DNA of 64,000 nucleotides from Actinomycetota bacterium (GTDB lineage Bacteria; Actinomycetota; Actinomycetes; S36-B12; UBA5976): NCBI GenBank assembly GCA_009923495.1, contig RFTJ01000001.1, positions 12,879 to 76,878 of the forward strand, read 5' to 3'. Shown piece by piece: positions 58,024 to 64,000 of this stretch (position 1 is its first letter; each line of letters starts with the position of its first letter). The notes under the pieces were generated by a model. It saw only the letters and a program-made list of their open reading frames with translations, ran no database searches and was not told where the DNA came from. The position numbers and the translations under genes were made by a program.

Positions 58024-58383
58024 TTAACTCAATTCCAATGGAATGTGCTCACAGTCACGCCACAACCGTTCCAGATCATATATAGATCGTTCCTGCGCTT
58101 GCTGGATATGCACGACCATGTCGAAGTAGTCCAAAAGTACCCAGCGACCTTCCCGTTGCCCTTCGCGGCGAATAGGTTCGACTCCTTGGGCATCTAACTC
58201 TTCTTCAATTGCGTCGACAATTGCATTTACCTGTCGCTCATTTTGCGCGGTGCAGATTAGGAATAAATCGGTAATCACCAGATGTTCGCTGACATCAAGT
58301 AGGACAATTTCTGTGGCTTGCTTATCAAAAGCAGCTTGCGCAGCAACTTTGGCGATGCCTATTGCATGATCTGTTGCCGTCAC
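58024..58383 (-). CDS. rsfS: Ribosome silencing factor RsfS
   Basis: 119 aa. The segments DVSEHLVITDLFLICTAQNERQV and WVLLDYFDMVVHI are typical of RsfS/iojap. Confidence 0.9.
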   Translation of the reverse strand: MTATDHAIGIAKVAAQAAFDKQATEIVLLDVSEHLVITDLFLICTAQNERQVNAIVDAIEEELDAQGVEPIRREGQREGRWVLLDYFDMVVHIQQAQERSIYDLERLWRDCEHIPLELS

Positions 58384-59570
58384 TGATTGCTCTCCTGGTT
58401 TTGGTTCTTATTGAAATCTTCACCTAAATCTAATTGCATGTCAGTTCCAGTTGATATTTGAGATACCACTTGCACCTCTAGGTTAGGCAAAGACAAATCT
58501 TTCTTAATTTCGGAAACAAGGGATTTCGGCACAGTCTCTGTGACGATTAGGCGTGAATTAAGTGCTGGTGCGGTGCTGCCTCCATCTACAAAATAGATTG
58601 TTCCGCGACTTAACAATTTTCGGACTATCAAACGCTCGGAAGCGGTACGACTCGAAACGGTTACTCGTAACCGATTGGAGTCACTGCTCCAAAGCGCACC
58701 AGGTGCGTCGCTCAAGAAAGTTGAATAAATGGAACTGGTATTTAGCCAAAGCCAATTAGGTTTAGCTTTTGCTCGTAACTGCGAAGGTTCAGTGGCCAAA
58801 ATTAATGTGTCCGCTGTTTCCCAAGTGCCGCGCGTCTGAGCTAAGAAACCAGCGATGTCTAGGTCAGTCAAATTCGTACTGCCTGATTGGCCCAGTGAAT
58901 TTAGTCGAGCATTGATTGCCTGCTGCTGTCTTGGTAGCGAATCTAGTGCTGCTGTTAAGACTGGTCGAAATCTTTTGCTCTGCTCAATCACAGATTCACC
59001 AGGGCGACGAAAGACCGCATATGCTGCTGCCGTTGCTCCATCAAGTTTATGTTTGCCCGCACGCAAGAGTTTTGGACTGTCATCGCTTGCTTGAGCAAGC
59101 GTTACTGAAATGGGAGTTTGAACAGTAAGGCCACCGATGTCATCGAGCAGAGCTCCGAGTCCGATTTGCGTCAGGTTGAGTACTCCTTCGATGTCTAACC
59201 CGCTAGCCACATTTAAGGCATCAACAATTTGGCCAGTAGAAACTTGATTGGTGGCACTGTGCAAATCGCGAAGGCCAAACAACCTCAGGTCAACCACGAC
59301 ATTAGGGTCTAGTGCAGCGATCATGGACTTCTGTCCGTCTCTGATCAACAGTGCACCAACAACAAACTGTTGCTTGTTGTCCGTAATTTCAACCAACAGG
59401 GTCTGCACCTCTTTGGTTTCTGGGGTTGCTGAAATTTGATTAAGCGGGGCAAGCAAATTTAATTTATCTCGATTGCTTTTCGGATTTTGTAAAAGCATCA
59501 AACCAGTCAGAATTGCAATAGCAAGTAGAGAGCCCACGAGCCATTTCAAAAAATTTGGAAGACGGTGCAT
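58380..59570 (-). CDS. Membrane-anchored LytR_C domain protein (degenerate LCP-like extracellular region)
   Basis: An N-terminal TM (WLVGSLLAIAILTGLMLL), a central LCP-like region and a C-terminal LytR_C-like segment (RLRVTVSSRTASERLIVRKLLSRG...). It holds the conserved position between nadD and rsfS. Confidence 0.65.
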   Translation of the reverse strand: MHRLPNFLKWLVGSLLAIAILTGLMLLQNPKSNRDKLNLLAPLNQISATPETKEVQTLLVEITDNKQQFVVGALLIRDGQKSMIAALDPNVVVDLRLFGLRDLHSATNQVSTGQIVDALNVASGLDIEGVLNLTQIGLGALLDDIGGLTVQTPISVTLAQASDDSPKLLRAGKHKLDGATAAAYAVFRRPGESVIEQSKRFRPVLTAALDSLPRQQQAINARLNSLGQSGSTNLTDLDIAGFLAQTRGTWETADTLILATEPSQLRAKAKPNWLWLNTSSIYSTFLSDAPGALWSSDSNRLRVTVSSRTASERLIVRKLLSRGTIYFVDGGSTAPALNSRLIVTETVPKSLVSEIKKDLSLPNLEVQVVSQISTGTDMQLDLGEDFNKNQNQESNQ

Positions 59571-60157
59571 TAGAACTCGTCTTGTCCTGCTCCATAAAGT
59601 CCATGGGTGCGAATGTACTCATCGACTGAATCGGGGATTAGATACCTTGTCGGCTCGCCAGCGGCATATCGCTGCCTGAGCGTACTTGCCGAGATTGCAA
59701 CTTCTGGAATCGGAACTTCGGTCACAGCAAATGGCAACTCTCCTACTGCTATTCCTGAACGACTGACTACAGCGATAGAAACTTTCTTGACGAAATCTTG
59801 CCAGCGATGCCAAGTCGGTATTTTTGAGACAACGTCTGCACCGACAAGACAGATGAAATTAGCAGCTGGATCCAGGTCCATCAATTCGTCAAAAGTATCA
59901 ATTGAATAGCTTGGGCCTTCGCGCTTAATTTCGATATCACTCACTGAAAATCGGTCATCACGAGCAACTGCAAGATTGAGTAGTTCTAATCGAATATTGC
60001 CAGGCGTGATGTCTTGCTCAGATTTCTGCCAAGGCGTGCCGGCTGGGATAAAAAGAACTTGATCTAATGCAAGTTGGGAGTGCGCCTCACTGGCAGCAAC
60101 CAAATGTCCAATGTGGATGGGATCGAATGTCCCACCAAGCACTCCAATGCGCTTCAC
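59570..60157 (-). CDS. nadD: Nicotinate-nucleotide adenylyltransferase
   Basis: GGTFDPIHIGH (HxGH) and a distal ISASTLR (ISSTxxR) motif. Confidence 0.93.
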   Translation of the reverse strand: MKRIGVLGGTFDPIHIGHLVAASEAHSQLALDQVLFIPAGTPWQKSEQDITPGNIRLELLNLAVARDDRFSVSDIEIKREGPSYSIDTFDELMDLDPAANFICLVGADVVSKIPTWHRWQDFVKKVSIAVVSRSGIAVGELPFAVTEVPIPEVAISASTLRQRYAAGEPTRYLIPDSVDEYIRTHGLYGAGQDEF

Positions 60158-60161
60158 GTTT

Positions 60162-60257
60162 CTAGCGATCAGGATTAAATCGGGTTACTAAGTAGAGTGC
60201 CAGTGACAAAAGGCCAAAGGCGACGAGTCCGAAACCCCACCATGGAAAATCACTCAT
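60162..60257 (-). CDS. Possible 31-aa single-TM micro-protein between proA and nadD
   Basis: Hand translation gives MSDFPWWGFGLVAFGLLSLALYLVTRFNPDR. It fills almost the whole proA-nadD gap, in the same orientation. The SD is only weak and purine-rich (aagaaagaaag). Confidence 0.3.
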   Translation of the reverse strand: MSDFPWWGFGLVAFGLLSLALYLVTRFNPDR

Positions 60258-60278
60258 GTTTAAATTCTACTTTCTTTC

Positions 60279-61550
60279 TTAGCTTCTGATGTGGCCATCG
60301 CCAGTGACAATGTAAGTCGTAGTTGTTAGTTCTGGTAGCCCCATGGGACCCCTAGCATGTAGTTTTTGCGTGGATATTCCGATTTCAGCACCGAAGCCAA
60401 ATTCGCCACCATCTGTGAAGCGAGTAGACGCGTTAACCATGACTGCCGCGGAATCTACTGAACTAGTGAAGTGTCGAATAGCCTGTTGGGACTCGCTAAT
60501 GATTGCTTCGGTATGCCCTGTAGACCATTTTCGAATGTGACTAATCGCCGCCTCTATGTTCGGCACAATCGCGGCGGCAATGTCTAGGCTGTAATACTCA
60601 TCTGACCAATCGGTGTCGTTGGCGGGAACGAAGCTGATGCCAGCCTCGGCAGAGTATTCGGCAAATTCTTTGTCTCCGTGAATAGTTACTCCTTTGTCCT
60701 TCAAAGCTGCCAACAAGTTAGGTAGTACTTTGGGCGCGATAGATTCGTGGACTAGAAGTGTTTCAGCAGTATTGCAAACCGTCGTTCGTTGTGTCTTAGC
60801 ATTTACCGTGATTGCAACGGCTTTTTCAATGTCTGCAGACTCATCTATGTAGACATGGCAATTTCCTACTCCCGTCTCTATGACTGGGACAGTTGACTGC
60901 TCGACAACAGCATTAATGAGTCCCGCTCCACCGCGCGGGATAACAACATCTACCAGGCCACGTGCCGTCATTAAGTGCTTTGCCGCTTCGTGAGTTGCCC
61001 CAGGTGCCAATTGAATTGCATCGGCTGGAACAGGTGAGTGCTCTAATGCACTTCGCATGACTGCAACCAATTCCACATTCGTCTGAAATGCCGATGAAGA
61101 ACCACGCAGTAAAACACAATTTCCACTCTTGAGTGCCAAACCAGCAGCATCAACAGTTACATTTGGTCGGGCCTCATAGATCATGGCGATTACACCCATG
61201 GGAACCCGCTGCTGCCTTACCTCAAGTCCGTTAGGCAAGGTGTATCCACGCACTACTTCACCAACTGGGTCAGGCAGTGCCGCGACATCACGCAGTCCTT
61301 GCGCAACTGCTTCAATGCGCTCTCGATTTAGCTTAAGTCGATCGATGATGGCGGCATCTGTCCCATTTTGCTCAGCGGCCGCAATATCTTTGGAATTCGC
61401 TGACACAATCACATCGGTGTGTAAAACTAAGGCATTTGCCATGGCTAGTAGTGCGGCATCTTTTTCAGCGCGAGAACAATTCCGCAAGACCATGGCAGCA
61501 GAGCGCGCGCGCTCGGCGGCGGCTAACACTTCAGCACGTTCATCAGTCAT
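60279..61550 (-). CDS. proA: Glutamate-5-semialdehyde dehydrogenase
   Basis: 423 aa, ALDH-like, with [11 protein letters not shown] (catalytic Cys) and [13 protein letters not shown]. Confidence 0.95.
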   Translation of the reverse strand: MTDERAEVLAAAERARSAAMVLRNCSRAEKDAALLAMANALVLHTDVIVSANSKDIAAAEQNGTDAAIIDRLKLNRERIEAVAQGLRDVAALPDPVGEVVRGYTLPNGLEVRQQRVPMGVIAMIYEARPNVTVDAAGLALKSGNCVLLRGSSSAFQTNVELVAVMRSALEHSPVPADAIQLAPGATHEAAKHLMTARGLVDVVIPRGGAGLINAVVEQSTVPVIETGVGNCHVYIDESADIEKAVAITVNAKTQRTTVCNTAETLLVHESIAPKVLPNLLAALKDKGVTIHGDKEFAEYSAEAGISFVPANDTDWSDEYYSLDIAAAIVPNIEAAISHIRKWSTGHTEAIISESQQAIRHFTSSVDSAAVMVNASTRFTDGGEFGFGAEIGISTQKLHARGPMGLPELTTTTYIVTGDGHIRS

Positions 61551-61564
61551 AAATCTATTCTCTC

Positions 61565-62677
61565 TTATTGTTCGGGGATCACTACCAAGTCGTCTCGGTG
61601 GATAACCTCGCGGTCGAAACTTTCACCAAACTCGGACGAAATTTCAGATGTTTTTTTGCCTATCAGAGCAGGTAGCTCAGTAGCATCGAATGAAACAATC
61701 CCCCGAGCCACTAGTTTGCCCGATTGATCAACTAGATCCACTGCATCGCCTGCGACAAAGTTGCCTTCAACTTCGGTAATACCTGCTGGCAACAGTGACA
61801 TGCGGCGGTCAATCACTGCTGACACCGCACCGTCGTCAAGGAACAACTTGCCAAGGGATGTTGTGGCATGCAGAAGCCAAAGTAAGCGAGTGGGCAGTTT
61901 TGCTGCTGGCGCGAAATAGGTGCCTACACTCTGGCCGGCAAGCGCGGCGGCAGCGTTCGAGGTAGCAGTTAGCACCACTGGGATCCCCGCCGACGTGGCG
62001 ATTTGAGCTGCCTTAACTTTGGTTGCCATTCCCCCAAGGCCAACACCGGATGAGCCCGTTCCGCCAATTGCCACTTCAGACAACTGCGAAAAATCACTCA
62101 CTTGTTCAATAATGCTTGCCTCGGGATTGGTTGGATCATCATTGTATAGACCATCAACATCCGAGAATAGAAAAAGTGCATCCGCTTGAACTACATGGGC
62201 AACGAGTGCAGCCAGACGATCATTGTCACCGAATCTAATTTCATCGGTCGCAACGGTGTCGTTCTCATTCACAATTGGCAGAACATCAAGTTCAAGCAAT
62301 CGCTGCAAGCTACGCTGCGCATTTCGGTACTGTGCACGTCTGATCACATCATTTGCGGTCAGCAAAACCTGCCCTACCGTAACTTGATGAGCAGCAAAAG
62401 CAGCGGCATACTTAGCGACGAGAAGAGACTGACCAACACTAGCCGCGGCCTGCTGTGTGGCTAAGTCCGTCGGCCGAGACTGTAAACCAAGCGGTGCCAG
62501 TCCTGCGGCAATTGCACCACTAGATACCAGAACAATTTCAGCATCTTTTTGTTTTGCTGCAACTACCTGCACCAGTTCGGTAAGGCGACTTTCGTCAAGT
62601 CCGCCTCGTCTAGTAGTTAGTGACGAGGAACCAACTTTCACCACAATGCGCTTGGCTCGTGCGATATCGTTACGCAT
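61565..62677 (-). CDS. proB: Glutamate 5-kinase (with PUA domain)
   Basis: The N-terminal amino-acid-kinase motif [22 protein letters not shown] and a C-terminal PUA domain. 370 aa. Confidence 0.95.
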   Translation of the reverse strand: MRNDIARAKRIVVKVGSSSLTTRRGGLDESRLTELVQVVAAKQKDAEIVLVSSGAIAAGLAPLGLQSRPTDLATQQAAASVGQSLLVAKYAAAFAAHQVTVGQVLLTANDVIRRAQYRNAQRSLQRLLELDVLPIVNENDTVATDEIRFGDNDRLAALVAHVVQADALFLFSDVDGLYNDDPTNPEASIIEQVSDFSQLSEVAIGGTGSSGVGLGGMATKVKAAQIATSAGIPVVLTATSNAAAALAGQSVGTYFAPAAKLPTRLLWLLHATTSLGKLFLDDGAVSAVIDRRMSLLPAGITEVEGNFVAGDAVDLVDQSGKLVARGIVSFDATELPALIGKKTSEISSEFGESFDREVIHRDDLVVIPEQ

Positions 62678-64000
62678 CTTCCTCGTCCCCTTCCTGTATT
62701 GCTACATCATCTGCCAAAGCATATTCGTCACCATATTGCCGTTTACGATGCTCTGCTAACCGCTGGGCTGCATTTGGTCGATTCATGTCAACGAGTCGTT
62801 CATCGGTGCCACGAGGACCTTGATGCAAGTCTGAGACTGTTGGTTGCCAGTCAAAGACAACAGCCGATGGTCCAGTGCCAATCACAACTTCACTGCCAGC
62901 AACAGCGCCTTGCTTGGCCAGTTCCAGTTCAACTCCTGCCCGGGCCAACCGATCCGCTAGGTAACCAACGGCTTCATCGTTAGCAAAATCCGTCTGCCGC
63001 ACCCAACGTTCTATTCGCTCACCAATAATCCGGTATCGCAATTCTTCGCCAGCACGCTCAACAGTTACTGTAAATCCTGAATCATCGACGGACTTTGGCC
63101 GCACAACAACTCGTGGCCGATCGGCAGCCTCAATTTGTGCGGCAGCCCGAGCATCCCGAACGATTGTTGCCATGGCAAATCCGAGTTCACGCAGGCCCAC
63201 ATGACTAACAGCCGAAACCAGAAATACCGTGTAGCCACGGGCGTGTAAATCTGGCAAAACAATCTCAGCTAGATCCCGGCCTTCAGGAAGATCGACTTTA
63301 TTCAAGACAACCAATCTTGGTCGATCTTGAAGTCCGCCATACTGCTCGAGCTCTTGTTCAAGCGCATCTAAGTCACGTATTGGATCACGATTTGATTCCA
63401 AGGTCGCGCAGTCAAGCACGTGAACTAACGCAGCACATCTTTCAATGTGGCGAAGAAACTCTAGCCCCAAACCTTTTCCGGAACTTGCGCCTGGAATTAG
63501 TCCTGGCACATCCGCAATGGTGAATGTGGTTTCCCCGGCTTGAACAACACCAAGGTGCGGCTCCAAAGTGGTAAACGGGTAGTCAGCAATTTTTGGCCGA
63601 GCTGCCGACATAGCCGCAATCAACGAAGACTTGCCGGCGCTCGGGAAACCTACCAAGCCGATGTCGGCAACAGTTTTGAGTTCGAGTACGACGTCACGCT
63701 CTACCCCAGGCTCGCCAAGTAAAGCGAAGCCGGGTGCTTTTCTGCGAGTTGAGGCCAATGCTGCATTTCCCAAGCCACCACGACCGCCAGCGGCCACAAC
63801 GTAAGAAGTGCCTTGACCGACTAAATCAGCCAACACCGTTCCATCGCTGAGGGTAACCACCGTGCCATCAGGAACAGGAAGTACTAATTCTGTGCCATTA
63901 GCGCCATTGCGATGGTCGCCCTGGCCCGGCTTACCGTTGCCACCTGATCGATGAGGACTCCGGTGATACTCAAGCAAAGTTGTGATTGAGGTATCAACGA
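62670..64000 (-). CDS. obg: GTPase Obg/CgtA, partial (N-terminus beyond the right edge)
   Basis: G1 [21 protein letters not shown] and NKVDL are present, along with the Gly-rich Obg fold ([17 protein letters not shown]). I checked that the frame stays open from 63977 to 64000, so the track's TTG start is internal. Confidence 0.95.
   Translation of the reverse strand, partial: VDTSITTLLEYHRSPHRSGGNGKPGQGDHRNGANGTELVLPVPDGTVVTLSDGTVLADLVGQGTSYVVAAGGRGGLGNAALASTRRKAPGFALLGEPGVERDVVLELKTVADIGLVGFPSAGKSSLIAAMSAARPKIADYPFTTLEPHLGVVQAGETTFTIADVPGLIPGASSGKGLGLEFLRHIERCAALVHVLDCATLESNRDPIRDLDALEQELEQYGGLQDRPRLVVLNKVDLPEGRDLAEIVLPDLHARGYTVFLVSAVSHVGLRELGFAMATIVRDARAAAQIEAADRPRVVVRPKSVDDSGFTVTVERAGEELRYRIIGERIERWVRQTDFANDEAVGYLADRLARAGVELELAKQGAVAGSEVVIGTGPSAVVFDWQPTVSDLHQGPRGTDERLVDMNRPNAAQRLAEHRKRQYGDEYALADDVAIQEGDEEDA

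Overview
The window reads as a chromosomal segment of an Actinomycetota genome with moderate GC (roughly mid-40s to 50% by eye, not computed). No BLAST or HMM search was run, so all family calls rest on motifs I could read in the translations.

Positions ~25.1-64 kb are a conserved housekeeping backbone, almost entirely on the minus strand. Gene order matches classic actinobacterial synteny:
- obg-proB-proA-nadD-LytR_C-rsfS-histidine phosphatase
- tRNA-Ala, then mmsA-OTC-OYE, leuS, degV, comEA-comEC-holA, rpsT
- lepA-hemW-hrcA(CIRCE)-dnaJ-rsmE-HIT-phoH-ybeY-CNNM-CDA-like-era
- recO-uppS, glyQS-dus-dgt-dnaG, tRNA-Asn

Positions 1-25 kb have mixed orientation and look accessory:
- secreted and surface proteins: an InlB-B-repeat-like protein, a GH13 amylase, an LTD-CotH protein, and a membrane-anchored collagen-like protein with 57 Gly-X-Y triplets
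- transporters: RarD, an ABC-2 exporter, an MsbA-like ABC exporter, an NCS1 permease, and an RCK-pore-RCK channel-like protein
- a GH125 enzyme, a compact P450, and small regulators

The most interesting locus is at 11.9-13.6 kb. An XRE-HTH plus TPR-like regulator (441 aa) is transcribed divergently from an ORF missing from the supplied track. That ORF encodes a 41-aa pro-peptide with a textbook Sec signal peptide and a short C-terminal tail ending in Cys-Cys. A tightly coupled 72-aa ORF follows it, and the shared promoter region is repeat-rich. This layout is the hallmark of RNPP/Rgg/AimR-type peptide signalling, which is described essentially in Firmicutes and their phages. I propose it as a candidate actinobacterial peptide-signalling cassette; this is a hypothesis and is untested.

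A phased array of GTCTAA boxes lies between an ABC exporter and a stand-alone LuxR/GerE regulator.

I recognised no CRISPR array, IS element, integrase, prophage or rRNA.
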